From positions 77,016-141,015 of the forward strand of contig JBJXHE010000112.1 of the NCBI GenBank assembly GCA_046160785.1: a stretch of 64,000 nucleotides of DNA, written 5' to 3'. This DNA is from Planctomycetota bacterium. Its GTDB lineage: Bacteria; Planctomycetota; UBA1135; JACQFD01. The notes beneath the pieces were generated by a model, which saw only the letters and a list, made by a program, of their open reading frames with translations, was not told the origin of the DNA and did not search any database. Below are positions 37,073 to 47,251 of this stretch, piece by piece. The position numbers were made by a program, and so were the translations under genes. Every line of letters starts with the position of its first letter. The stretch's first letter is position 1.

Positions 37073-40030
37073 TTACTGAAATGCTAATTCTATCGTTTCG
37101 TTAGCAACCGACAAATCTGTAACCTTAATATTCCCCTCCGCCCGCGCCCCGTCCCTCCCTTCCGCGACAACTGTGTAATTCCCTGCCGCCAGTCCGATCG
37201 TTAGCTGAAACGCGTCTCCAATATTTTGATGTATTAATTTTGTATCGTATACAATTCCTCCGCCGTCCTCCGCAACTGTAACTCTCACCGCCCTCGCCAT
37301 TCCCCCCGCCGCCGGCACGATCTTTAGCGTTCGCGATACCCCTTCCTTCAACACAACAGAAACGCGCGACTCTCCGCCAGCCGCCACGCGAAACGGCGTC
37401 GCGGCCGTCGCGACTCCCGCGCCGCTCACAATAAATATATATTCTCCGGGCGCGAGCGGCTCGCTCGCAACTGTTATAAGCGGAGACGTTTGCAATACTC
37501 GAACGGGCTCGCCCCTTCCGAGCAGCGCTCCACCGGCGCCCTCGATCCACATTTGTAATTTTGGGGCGCCGGCGTTTTGTAAATTAATATTTCGTTCGAA
37601 CGCAATTTCCGCGTGCAGTTTTCCGGGCGGTTCGATGCGCACAACACCCGTGTCCCACGTTTCATTAGCTTTTACAAAACGATCCGGAATGTATATAACC
37701 GGATAATCCTTCGGCCGAATTTCGATGCGATACGTGCCGGGCACGAGCGGCCCGAGCCGAAAGCGCCCCTGCGACGTTGGCACGATGGGCTCGCTGCCGC
37801 CGACGCCCACCTGCCAAATAATAATAATCGCATCCTCGACGCCTTTGCCCGATGCGTCCACGAGATTTCCAACAATTCGCGCGGTCGGGCGCGCGTCGTC
37901 GGGTATTTGTAATATTACTTCTTCCGCTCCAGGAACGACGTTCGCACGCGTTGCGCTCGGCGCTCGCGACGGCCCCGGCGGCCGCACGGCCAGCGTATGG
38001 GCGCGTTCATAACAATTCTTAAATGCAAATTCACCGGCTGCGTTCGTTTCGCTAATATTACCAATCAACACCTGCGGATCGAAAAAGCCAGGATCCGCTT
38101 CAACGATCCAGCCCTTCAAAGGCGCGCCGGCGGAATCAATCACTTTTCCTTTAATTTTAGGATCGGTTGTTAATTTTGCGTCCCACCGCGTCGGGGCGCC
38201 CGCGGCAATCTGTAACTTTCCCGACGCTCTGCCATTTTCGTTATGAATGGCCTGGATGTCCACGAGGCCGAGTATGATTCCTTCCATTCGATAATTTCCG
38301 TCTTCTTTTGTTACAACCCGCACGGTTTCGAGCGGATCCAGCCCCGGCGTTAATTTATTGAAACTAATAAAAACATTAACATTTTCCGCAGGCGAACCGT
38401 CTTCCTTAAGAATCTTGCCTTCGACGAACGCGCTCGCCTCTAATTGTATCTTTAATTCACAATTCGCATTCGCGCCGACGTCGATCTGTTGCGTCGACAA
38501 CGCAAAATCCGGAGCGCGCACCGCCACGGAATGGCTGCCAGCGCCAACGCCGGCGAAGTGAAACTTTCCGTTCACGTCGGTTCTCATGCGCAGCCCGAAC
38601 GGCTCGCGTTCGTCAAATGTTAACATTCGCACGGCATCGCCGCCGATGCGAACAATCGCGTTCGCAACGGGCTGGTTTTTATAATTAATAACCTGCCCGC
38701 CGGCTGAGCCGCCGCGCCCGCGCAGCGTAAGTGTAATATTTCGTTTCGCTCCCGCCTTTCCGCGAAGAGTATACAAATTTGACGGGCCGTGGCCAGCCGC
38801 ACGCGCGCCGATCAGCGCGTCGTTGCGGACGGAACGAATTGTAAATTTACCGTCCGCGGACGACGATGCGACCTGGTGCGCGTCGCAATCAAACAATTGC
38901 TCCGACAAAAAGATTTGTGCATTCGCGACCACGCTGCCCTGTTCGTCGACAACCCGGCCTTCTACCGACATGCCCGGCGGAATAGTTACTACAATTTCGC
39001 TTTTCCGGCCTGGCGCCGTGCTCACGTTCGCGTATCCGCCGCGGTCGGCGTGAATTGTCATATTATTATTGCCAACGCCTTCTATGATGAAACTTCCGTC
39101 GCTGCCCGTTTGATAACGACGCGCTCGAAGATACGGATCGGAATTGTAGTTTGAATCGCTGACGGTCGCGAACACGCCGGCCGCAGGAGTGTTATCATCG
39201 CCCCACAGAATTTGAACGCGCAGCGTTCCAGGTATCGCGCGCGCAGCATCTTTAACATTCGCTTGCGCCGTTGAAACGCCCGCGGCTTCCGCGGACGGAC
39301 CCGCCGGCACGCGATCCACTTTTGTAGCGATTGCGTTCGATCCACCCGCGTCCGCGCCCGCTATTGGATATTTTAGATTTTCCGCGGCCACGTCGGGCGG
39401 CGGCGTGAAATATACAATTCCCAAAAATGCTGAGACGAGGAATACGGCCGCCGCCGCGGACGCGATTACCTTCGTTCTAACTGTTATATCAATAACCGCA
39501 AGCGCCGAGAGCGGGCCGCACCATGCCACGCGGCTTCCCGAATGCTGCTCGTCGAGGCGCTCGCGTAATTGTATCAATGCTCGCTTGAGGCGCGTACGCA
39601 CTGTCTCTACTGGGATTTGTAGTTTTCGCGCAATGTCCCGCGGCGGCAAATGATCAAAATAACGCAGCAATACTACAGTTCGGTAGGGTTCGTCGAGCGA
39701 CACCACTTGCTCGACGACGCGCCGCCGCACGGCTTCTCTTTCCAGGATTTCAGCGGTCGACGGCGCGATCTCGTCGCGGACGTGCGCGCGCTCGCGAATG
39801 GCGCGCCGGACGCTGCCGCGGCGAGACTTGCTCGAAAAATTGCGAACTACAGTTGCGAACCACGATTTGATAGATCCGCCGTCGTGCGGCGGGTTCTGCA
39901 ACGCCGATAGCCAGGCCTCCTGCGCGACGTCGTCCGCCGTGCTCGAATCGTAAACTAATGATCGAGCGAGGCTGCGCACGAACGCGTCGTGCGTTAATAA
40001 ATCGCTGAGGTGGACGGTCTCGGGCGGCAT
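37073..40030 (-). CDS. ECF (sigma-70 family) sigma factor fused through one TM helix to about 6 extracytoplasmic CarboxypepD_reg-like beta-sandwich repeats
   Basis: 985 aa. Region 2 is DDVAQEAWLSAL. Region 4 is YRTVVLLRYFDHLPPRDIARKLQIPVETVRTRLKRALIQLRERL. The TM helix is VIASAAAAVFLVSAFLGIVYF. Repeated segments follow, such as VEGRVVDEQGSVVANAQIFL, VEGKILKEDGSPAENVNVFI, IKGKVIDSAGAPLKGWIVEA and IVGNLVDASGKGVEDAIIII. Confidence 0.8.
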   Translation of the reverse strand: MPPETVHLSDLLTHDAFVRSLARSLVYDSSTADDVAQEAWLSALQNPPHDGGSIKSWFATVVRNFSSKSRRGSVRRAIRERAHVRDEIAPSTAEILEREAVRRRVVEQVVSLDEPYRTVVLLRYFDHLPPRDIARKLQIPVETVRTRLKRALIQLRERLDEQHSGSRVAWCGPLSALAVIDITVRTKVIASAAAAVFLVSAFLGIVYFTPPPDVAAENLKYPIAGADAGGSNAIATKVDRVPAGPSAEAAGVSTAQANVKDAARAIPGTLRVQILWGDDNTPAAGVFATVSDSNYNSDPYLRARRYQTGSDGSFIIEGVGNNNMTIHADRGGYANVSTAPGRKSEIVVTIPPGMSVEGRVVDEQGSVVANAQIFLSEQLFDCDAHQVASSSADGKFTIRSVRNDALIGARAAGHGPSNLYTLRGKAGAKRNITLTLRGRGGSAGGQVINYKNQPVANAIVRIGGDAVRMLTFDEREPFGLRMRTDVNGKFHFAGVGAGSHSVAVRAPDFALSTQQIDVGANANCELKIQLEASAFVEGKILKEDGSPAENVNVFISFNKLTPGLDPLETVRVVTKEDGNYRMEGIILGLVDIQAIHNENGRASGKLQIAAGAPTRWDAKLTTDPKIKGKVIDSAGAPLKGWIVEADPGFFDPQVLIGNISETNAAGEFAFKNCYERAHTLAVRPPGPSRAPSATRANVVPGAEEVILQIPDDARPTARIVGNLVDASGKGVEDAIIIIWQVGVGGSEPIVPTSQGRFRLGPLVPGTYRIEIRPKDYPVIYIPDRFVKANETWDTGVVRIEPPGKLHAEIAFERNINLQNAGAPKLQMWIEGAGGALLGRGEPVRVLQTSPLITVASEPLAPGEYIFIVSGAGVATAATPFRVAAGGESRVSVVLKEGVSRTLKIVPAAGGMARAVRVTVAEDGGGIVYDTKLIHQNIGDAFQLTIGLAAGNYTVVAEGRDGARAEGNIKVTDLSVANETIELAFQ

Positions 40031-40100
40031 CTTCTATCAGTAGTAAACCCGCTCGCTGCAAAAGCGGTTCAGATTTGCTTTTACCGAGTTTACCGCATAC

Positions 40101-40130
40101 CAACAAAAAGGGCCGCTGGTCGCGGCCCTT
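40101..40130 (-). terminator. Strong intrinsic terminator after the secretin operon
   Basis: Minus-strand AAGGGCCGC-gacca-GCGGCCCTT (9-bp perfect stem), followed by TTTGTTGG. With the two stem T's this gives a TTTTTGTTGG run. Confidence 0.75.
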
Positions 40131-40168
40131 AGTGTTAATTTTCTCGGAAAACTTCCGAGACTCGAATG

Positions 40169-42865
40169 CTACTGATTCTTCGAAGCCTTGATTTGCGCTT
40201 CGAGAACCTGGACCGCTTCGCGAGCGTCCGCGATCTGCGCGCGAATGAGAATCATTAGATTCTCATTTTCCGAATTGTAGCCTTCTTTCTTAAAGAAGAA
40301 TCCAATGATCGGAAGGCGGCCAAGCCACGGCACCTCGGCTCGCGACTCGATTTCGCGCAGAGTCTTTAATCCGCCGATCAGCACCGCGCCGCCGTCCGGC
40401 ACAACCGCCGTCGTGAACGCGCTTTGAACGGAGAGTGTCGGAAGCTGGAATGTAACAGCTCCGGCAAGACCGCCGAGCGTCGTCGTGAAATCTGTAATAT
40501 TTACAATTCGCGCGACAGTCGGCTGCAATTCGAGCGTGATGTACTTGCGGTTATAATTAATAATCGGCTTCACGTCGAGCACGACGCCGGACTGCAGAAT
40601 TTCAATCTTCGGCTCCGCGATGAACGACGCCTGCGCGACTTCAACGTTGTAATCCGCGATGTAGCTCTGCTGATTTACGACCGTAATGTAAGAACGCTGA
40701 TTGTTAGCAACCGAGAGCATCTGTGCATTCACTTCGTGAACATCCAAATTCTTCTCGACGGCCTTCAGAATCATCGAAGCCTGATCGCCTTTTAATAATG
40801 TAATCTGGAACGCGAGGCCGCCGTTTTCGTTAAGTTTCGCGCCAATCGGCTTATCAAATAAATTCTCGGTGCGCCAAATATTCGATCCGTCGACATCGTT
40901 ATCAAAGAAACCGCCGACCGACGGCGTCGCGCCTGCGTTGGACGGAAGGCCCGGGCCGTTATTATCAAAACCGGCCGAAGAGTTATCTTTCAGGCCATTG
41001 CTAATATCGTCGAACTGATTCGGGAGGCCGCGCCAATCGACGCCGACGACCTGAAGGAAGTTTTCGGAGATTGTTACAAATCGCGCTTCGATCGTAACCA
41101 TCGAGCTCGTGTAGCGGCGAAGCTCATGAAGGAATTTTCCAACCTGGCGCTGAACGTCGGCCGAGTGCGTGACGACGAGCTGGCCCTGGAAAATATCAAT
41201 ATGAACGCCTGGCTGCTCCCACGTGCCCGGAGCAATTGTATCTTTAATAAGATTTGTAATTTCTTCCGACGGAATCTGATTCACGGCTTCGAGCGTGCCG
41301 CCGAACGGGTTTTCCGACGACGCGCCGCCCGCGCGGTTTTTGCCGCCCGGAATTGTTAAATTCATAATTCTCGGACCCTGGAAACTCGTGAGTCCGAAGA
41401 TGAGATCGCCGACGTCGTGGACGTGCGGGATGGGAGCGCCGAGAGCCGCGTCGACCGAAGTAATAACAACTGCGCCATCCTTAACAAGCCATTTGATATC
41501 AGGCGTCTGGCGAAGAACGATCGACAGCGCGGAATCAATCGGAATCGGGTGGTCGAGTTGAAGCGGGAACTTCGCGCTCGAAGCCTTTTCTTTAGCTTGC
41601 GGCGTTACTAAGACTGGGACGCCGGAAATATCTTTAAAATACGTCGCGACGACGTCGAGATCGGTTTCCGCGGTAAAGTTAATTTGTCCGGTTTTCTTGG
41701 TTTTTAATAGATTCCGAACAATCTTATCATCCGGACTTTCGCCTTCGGCGACGTCGATCGCCACGCGCTTGTCGCGCAGCAATGAAATCGTTTCCCAATA
41801 TTCCGCCTTCGGAAGTATCAGTTGTTTTGTTTGTAATTCGCGCGCTTCCCAGTTTTCGCGGAGGATGTCGGCGAAAGCCTGCTTGCGCTTGCGAATCATC
41901 TCGGCGTCGACACGCGCTTCGTCGGCCGCAATTGCAGCATCGCGAAGTTCGAGCGCCATTTGATTGCGCGAATCTTCGCGAAGGACCGCTTCTGCTACAC
42001 CCCGCGCGCCGCGGAAATCGTGAGCAATATAAGCATTGCGCGCAATAGTTAGTTTGGCGGTGATGATTTCGAGGCGCTTCATGCGAACCATTGCTTCTTC
42101 ACTCTGCATTTTTTCTGTAGCAATGCGTTCCTGTTCGCGACGGATGCGCGCCATCTCGCCCGACTTCTCTGCCTGAATCTTAGCTTTCAGCGCGCGAGCT
42201 TCGGCGCCCATATCGGTCCAGTCTCCGGCGTACGGCGACCAAGTTAATATATCAATTGCGTGGTCGACTTCCTGAACGGCGCGGTCGAATTCCTGCAATG
42301 CTAAGTTTTCGCGCGCCTTTGCTAACGCTTGGTCGAGCTCGGTCCGCACTTTCTGGCGGCGAACGCGCTCCATTTCATCCATTTCCTGGCGATTCATACC
42401 AATCGACGCACTGCGGTCTCCGAGCAACGACCCGATTTGGTCGCGCATGTTTAATACATTTTCATTCGCGGGCGCGATCGTGCGGGCCGCTTCAACTTCT
42501 TCCAAAGCTAATTGTAGCGCTCCATTGTCAAGATGCCGTTTCGCTTTGGATAGATGTTGATCGACGAGGAACGCGTTGCGTTCTTGTAGCAATCGCGCAT
42601 CTTTAACTTTCTCTTCGAATGCGCGCTGCGCGTCCTGGTCGACGGCAGCCGGTTCTTTAGATTGCGGATCCTGAATGGTTATCGCCATTTCACCGCCCGC
42701 CTTAGCCGGTTCTTTAGCGGCGGAGGCAGGTTGTTGGCCGGCTGGTTTTTTTGTATTTGCGGCAGTTTTTGTAGACTTGCACGCGAATACTGAAACCGGC
42801 AGGCAGAGACCGATGATGGCGAGGGAGGTTCGATTTATTTCAAATTTCATTAGTAGCCGCTTCAT
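40169..42865 (-). CDS. Secretin-family outer-membrane channel (GspD/PilQ-like) with a lipoprotein signal and a long N-terminal coiled-coil/TPR-like region; paralog 2
   Basis: 898 aa. Lipobox-like PVSVFAC. C-terminal secretin domain is LPTLSVQSAFTTAVVPDGGAVLIGGLKTLREIESRAEVPWLGRLPIIGFFFK...NLMILIRAQI. Confidence 0.85.
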   Translation of the reverse strand: MKRLLMKFEINRTSLAIIGLCLPVSVFACKSTKTAANTKKPAGQQPASAAKEPAKAGGEMAITIQDPQSKEPAAVDQDAQRAFEEKVKDARLLQERNAFLVDQHLSKAKRHLDNGALQLALEEVEAARTIAPANENVLNMRDQIGSLLGDRSASIGMNRQEMDEMERVRRQKVRTELDQALAKARENLALQEFDRAVQEVDHAIDILTWSPYAGDWTDMGAEARALKAKIQAEKSGEMARIRREQERIATEKMQSEEAMVRMKRLEIITAKLTIARNAYIAHDFRGARGVAEAVLREDSRNQMALELRDAAIAADEARVDAEMIRKRKQAFADILRENWEARELQTKQLILPKAEYWETISLLRDKRVAIDVAEGESPDDKIVRNLLKTKKTGQINFTAETDLDVVATYFKDISGVPVLVTPQAKEKASSAKFPLQLDHPIPIDSALSIVLRQTPDIKWLVKDGAVVITSVDAALGAPIPHVHDVGDLIFGLTSFQGPRIMNLTIPGGKNRAGGASSENPFGGTLEAVNQIPSEEITNLIKDTIAPGTWEQPGVHIDIFQGQLVVTHSADVQRQVGKFLHELRRYTSSMVTIEARFVTISENFLQVVGVDWRGLPNQFDDISNGLKDNSSAGFDNNGPGLPSNAGATPSVGGFFDNDVDGSNIWRTENLFDKPIGAKLNENGGLAFQITLLKGDQASMILKAVEKNLDVHEVNAQMLSVANNQRSYITVVNQQSYIADYNVEVAQASFIAEPKIEILQSGVVLDVKPIINYNRKYITLELQPTVARIVNITDFTTTLGGLAGAVTFQLPTLSVQSAFTTAVVPDGGAVLIGGLKTLREIESRAEVPWLGRLPIIGFFFKKEGYNSENENLMILIRAQIADAREAVQVLEAQIKASKNQ

Positions 42866-43023
42866 TAGTAACCGCTTTTATTATGAGCGCTTATTTGTAA
42901 ACGAAGTGTGAGTGAACGCAGGAATCGAATTTGGGTTTTAACTATTTGGAATTAGTATTAAATTCGTTATGAAACGAGAGGCGGCGCGTTGTGAATGAAC
43001 ACTGGAGCGCGCCGCTCACGTTG

Positions 43024-45789
43024 CTAATGATTTGCAATCGCCGCGTCGCCTTGGAGAAGGACGCTCGGCTTCTCGCGAAGCCGCGGTTCGTATTCCGTCG
43101 GGATCACTACTTTTACGCGAAGTAGAATCACGAGGCGGCGTTTGGATATCGATTGACCCTTGCGATCGAAGAAGAATCCAATAATCGGAAGGTCGCGAAG
43201 AATCGGAACGCCCGACGATTCATTACGAATCTCGTCGATCGACTGGCCCCCGAGCAGCAGCGTTCCGCCGTCGGGAATGTTAACCGTCGTGCGAACCTTT
43301 CGAAGTGTTAGATTCGGGAATTGTATCGTTACGGGAGTTCCATTGCCGACGCCAACCACGCGCTGCTCGATCGGGAGTTTGAGCGTTGCTAACGTTGGGC
43401 GAAGCTCCAACTTTACAAATTTGCGATCGGCGCTCACCTGCGGGCGAACGTCGAGAATCGCGCCTTCCTGAATGACATCAATTTGCGGATCGGCAATCGA
43501 CGACGCCTGCGCGATTTCGACTCCGTAACCCGCAACGTAAGCAAACTGGTTCGTCACCGCCATGTGCGCGCGCTCGCCGCTATGTACTAATAATCGCGGC
43601 GCGGTTACTAATTCCACGCGCTCGCTCTTTTCAACGGCGCGAAGTATCAATTCGCTCTGGCGGTCGCCGAGGTTGATCCATTGTAAAGATAAACCGCCGG
43701 AGCCCGTGAGCGTGTTCGAACCGGAAAGGTTTTGATCAAATATATTTTCTACCTTTCCGACCGCGGGTGTGTTTCCAGTTTGAGTAAAGAAGCCAGGCTG
43801 GTTGCCAGTTCCGAGCGGACCCGGCAAAGCCGGCGTTCCGGGAGCGGGAGAAGCGCCGAAATCATCAAATGGCGGAGCCGAGCCGAGTCCGCCAGAAGGC
43901 GGCACGCCAGAATTGCCATTGTCGCCGAGGCCGCGCCAGTCGAAGCCGATGTCTTCTAGGAAATTATCTTCTGCGATCAGGAAGCGCGTCTGCACTTCGA
44001 CCATCAGATTTGTAACTTCGCGCAAATCATCTAAAAACTTTTCGAGCTGATCGTGAACTTTAGCAGTCTGGCGGACTACTAATGTTCCTGACGGCTGGAC
44101 GTAACGAATGTTAGTTTTAGCATCCGCGTCGGTCCACGTCTCGGGTGCGATCGAATTCTGAATGATCTGTGTAATCTGCTCGAGCGTGAACGCGGGGAGC
44201 GGTTCCTGCTCGGTGCCGGGAGGAATCGGCGGCGCGCCGGGCGGCAATAAGGATAATTCCGGTCCGGGGAAATGCTGAATAATTTGTATCAAATCCGAGA
44301 CGTCATAAATGCGATATTCCGTCTGGCCTTTGCTTTCCTCGGGCGTGCCTAAAATTACATATCCGTCGCGGACGGTCCACGTGAAGTTCTTAACAATTTG
44401 GAGCGCGCCGAGGAACTTCTTCGCCGACGTCTTCGGCGGAAGATCCAACGTTACAGATCGCTGCCCCTCGTCCATCTCCGCGATCTTCTGGCTAACAATA
44501 AAGTTGACCTGCGTGAGATTGCTAAGATAGGTCGCGATCTCGGAAATCTGCGTATTTGAAAACTTCGGTTCGAAATAAGTAGTATCGAGCCGCTCGTTCA
44601 CCGCGATGTCTTCGGGATTCGCTTTGACGTCGTCGGGCACGAATTGTAGCGGTTTGCGCCCGGAGATTTCGGCCCAGTGGACCGGATCATGAACAATCGC
44701 TTCGGTCTGCGGAATTAACATATATTCCAGTTCTTGGAACGCGCTCTTCCACATTTTTCTGTGGTTTTCGCGCGCCAACGTCATTCCGCGCTCGTTCTTC
44801 GCCTGTTGAATAATGTCACGAAGCTCAATCGCTCGCTCGTTGCGCGGATCGATTTCTAACAATTGCCCAAGTTTAGCAATCGCGTCGTCGTGCCGGTCTT
44901 CGAGGAAAAGAATATTAGCTTCATTAAATAACTTGCGAAGCTGATTTGTTAATTGCTCGCGCGCCTGAGATTCGCGCATCGCACGGTCGGCCGCCGCTTT
45001 TTCCTGGCGGGCCATCTCGTCTTCGCGAGTCGAGGCGTCCTTCTTGGAAAGCGCATGATCAATTTTCGCGGCGACTTCCTTGCGGCGGTTGCCTTCCGCT
45101 TCGAGCAGCGGATACCACGTTAAGATTCGCTCGGCTCTTCTGTAGTTATCAATAGCTTGATCGAACTGGCGCGCGGCGAGAAGACGGTCGCCGTCGAGCA
45201 TGGCCTGATTCACTTTCTGCCGGGCTTCCGCCTGGCGAACGAGAGCCTCGTTGGACTTATCAATTAAATCGCCCTGCCGGATCGCACTCGTTTCGCCAAG
45301 GGCCGAAAGAGTTTTTCCTAACCATTCACTAGCAACCTGGCTGGAAGGATCGATTTCAAGCGCGCTCGCGAATGACGTGCGCGCGGACGGAAAGTCGAGA
45401 TGATTAAACGCATCGACTCCCTTTTTAATATATTCGTCGTGGAGGTATTTTTGCTTTTCCTGCCGAACGCGCGCCTCCTGTACGGCGTCATCGAAGCTCT
45501 TGGCTCCCTCGCCTTGCTCCATATTAGTAGTGGGAGCAGCCGGCTCCTGAACGATAACAAACGCAGCTTCGCCGCTAGGGCCTGCCGGTTTCGTATCTTT
45601 AGTCTTGGTCCCCGCAGCGGTCGAGCCCTGCGGCGATTTTGCTTTCGCCTTGCACGCCGGAATTGTAGTGGATGCAAGAAGCGTCGCAATGAGTGTCGTA
45701 GGTAGGATTGCGAGCCACCGACGCAACGAGTCGTTCGTCATAAATTGCCCGAAGAATTCGCAGTTTGCCCGTTTGAAAATCCGGCCCAC
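43024..45789 (-). CDS. Secretin-family outer-membrane channel with a lipoprotein signal and a long N-terminal coiled-coil/TPR-like region; paralog 1
   Basis: 921 aa (alternative start MTNDSLRRW at 45741). Lipobox-like TTIPAC. Secretin domain is FPNLTLRKVRTTVNIPDGGTLLLGGQSIDEIRNESSGVPILRDLPIIGFFF...RLVILLRVKV. The architecture matches 40169..42865. Confidence 0.85.
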   Translation of the reverse strand: MGRIFKRANCEFFGQFMTNDSLRRWLAILPTTLIATLLASTTIPACKAKAKSPQGSTAAGTKTKDTKPAGPSGEAAFVIVQEPAAPTTNMEQGEGAKSFDDAVQEARVRQEKQKYLHDEYIKKGVDAFNHLDFPSARTSFASALEIDPSSQVASEWLGKTLSALGETSAIRQGDLIDKSNEALVRQAEARQKVNQAMLDGDRLLAARQFDQAIDNYRRAERILTWYPLLEAEGNRRKEVAAKIDHALSKKDASTREDEMARQEKAAADRAMRESQAREQLTNQLRKLFNEANILFLEDRHDDAIAKLGQLLEIDPRNERAIELRDIIQQAKNERGMTLARENHRKMWKSAFQELEYMLIPQTEAIVHDPVHWAEISGRKPLQFVPDDVKANPEDIAVNERLDTTYFEPKFSNTQISEIATYLSNLTQVNFIVSQKIAEMDEGQRSVTLDLPPKTSAKKFLGALQIVKNFTWTVRDGYVILGTPEESKGQTEYRIYDVSDLIQIIQHFPGPELSLLPPGAPPIPPGTEQEPLPAFTLEQITQIIQNSIAPETWTDADAKTNIRYVQPSGTLVVRQTAKVHDQLEKFLDDLREVTNLMVEVQTRFLIAEDNFLEDIGFDWRGLGDNGNSGVPPSGGLGSAPPFDDFGASPAPGTPALPGPLGTGNQPGFFTQTGNTPAVGKVENIFDQNLSGSNTLTGSGGLSLQWINLGDRQSELILRAVEKSERVELVTAPRLLVHSGERAHMAVTNQFAYVAGYGVEIAQASSIADPQIDVIQEGAILDVRPQVSADRKFVKLELRPTLATLKLPIEQRVVGVGNGTPVTIQFPNLTLRKVRTTVNIPDGGTLLLGGQSIDEIRNESSGVPILRDLPIIGFFFDRKGQSISKRRLVILLRVKVVIPTEYEPRLREKPSVLLQGDAAIANH

Positions 45790-46012
45790 ATACTACAAAA
45801 ATGTTTCATCGATGGAGATGGTACAATTCGTGCGTGAAGGACGGGCGAGCTGGGGAAGGGAACTTGTTAAGAATAGATAACGTTAGTAACGAACTGGTGG
45901 AGATACTTTAGAACAGTCGAGACCAACCACAGGCCGCTTGTTAGCAACCTCGCGCCCGAAAGGTAACAACGGAAAGGAACAATCGCTCTTATCTAAAGAG
46001 AAAAACAGCGCT

Positions 46013-47251
46013 CTATTTAATAGCGCCTGCTTCTTTCTTCGCGGCCACTCGGATGACCTGCTCGCGGCCACATTTGTTTTTCAACCAAACGACGGGGTAT
46101 GCGTTTTTTTGCATTTCATTTCGAATCACTTGAACGGCAACGCCGTTTTCTACCTTTCGAGAACCGTCGGGTTGAAAGACTGGAACTGAGACTGCTGCAG
46201 TTTCATCGCGATATTCCCGGTCCACTCGTTTGATTTGCCAACCAGGGTCGAAACCAAGTTCAGCTTCGAATCCAACCGATTGGCTCAAATTGCCAACGGC
46301 CACATTCTTTATAACAACTTCTTTAGGTTTTGGCTCGGCGTCTCGAAGGTCGAGAATCCGTATTGCTAAAGATGCTGTCGAGGGCTCGGGACTACGATTT
46401 GTTGCTTGTCCTTTTGTTACGTGCGCTTCCGATACTACAAAACCAACCACGTCAACCTGATAACGAACGGGAACGTTAGCCACCGTTTTGCCGCCGAGCG
46501 CGCTTTGCCGCACTTCGACGCCTTCAAGTTTATCATACTGGATCACTAAGACTCCGTACGTGTATTGCATTCCGTCGCACGTGTTCCGGTCAAGAAACGA
46601 GTGCGGCTTCGGGCTATCTGTTACAATGTACGGTTGTGTTACAAATACCGGCGCGGGCGTTTCCGATTCGTTCCAGCGATAAAGTTGCGTTTTTACAACT
46701 AAACCCTTTGAAACAAATGGATTGTCTTTCCAAGACACCGTAACGCCTTCGTCCGAGAAACTTGTCTCACATGCGGCCGGTGGAAGAAGAGTGTTATCTC
46801 CGTCCGCCGGTTGCGATCCAGCTGGCTTTGATTCTGCTCCAGTTTCGTTCGCTTTTGCAGAATTGTGGATTGTTGCTTTTGTCGTTGTTGTTTTTGTCGT
46901 TGTTGTTTTTGTAATAGTCGGGTCGATCTCGGTATTGCTAAAGAACCGAACCGCGCGCGAATGTTGCGAATTCGAAGGGGCGGCAGTTCGATCGACTGCG
47001 ATGGCCCGCTCGATTTGTCGCATTTCGATATTACTAATTCCGGGTTGAGACGCGGGATTGGTAATACTTACAACTGCGGCGCCCGGGTCCACCGACCCAG
47101 GCTTCATCACGTCCACTCGATACTTTTCCGCGTCGGCCAAAACGGCTTTCGCGTCGAGCACCCGGCGGGCGAGAAGGGCGGGGACGATAGCGGCCGACCA
47201 GAGCAGGGTCAAGGTAACGAAACGAACGACGTTCGATTGAGAGGCGTTCAT
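46013..47251 (-). CDS. Membrane-anchored hypothetical protein with a Thr/Lys-rich linker, in the position of PilP/GspC in the cluster
   Basis: I place the start at ATG 47251 (MNASQSNVVRFVTLTLLWSAAIVPALL), which forms an ATGA overlap with the upstream stop. The track ORF begins at 47275. I do not recognise a family. Confidence 0.6.
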   Translation of the reverse strand: MNASQSNVVRFVTLTLLWSAAIVPALLARRVLDAKAVLADAEKYRVDVMKPGSVDPGAAVVSITNPASQPGISNIEMRQIERAIAVDRTAAPSNSQHSRAVRFFSNTEIDPTITKTTTTKTTTTKATIHNSAKANETGAESKPAGSQPADGDNTLLPPAACETSFSDEGVTVSWKDNPFVSKGLVVKTQLYRWNESETPAPVFVTQPYIVTDSPKPHSFLDRNTCDGMQYTYGVLVIQYDKLEGVEVRQSALGGKTVANVPVRYQVDVVGFVVSEAHVTKGQATNRSPEPSTASLAIRILDLRDAEPKPKEVVIKNVAVGNLSQSVGFEAELGFDPGWQIKRVDREYRDETAAVSVPVFQPDGSRKVENGVAVQVIRNEMQKNAYPVVWLKNKCGREQVIRVAAKKEAGAIK

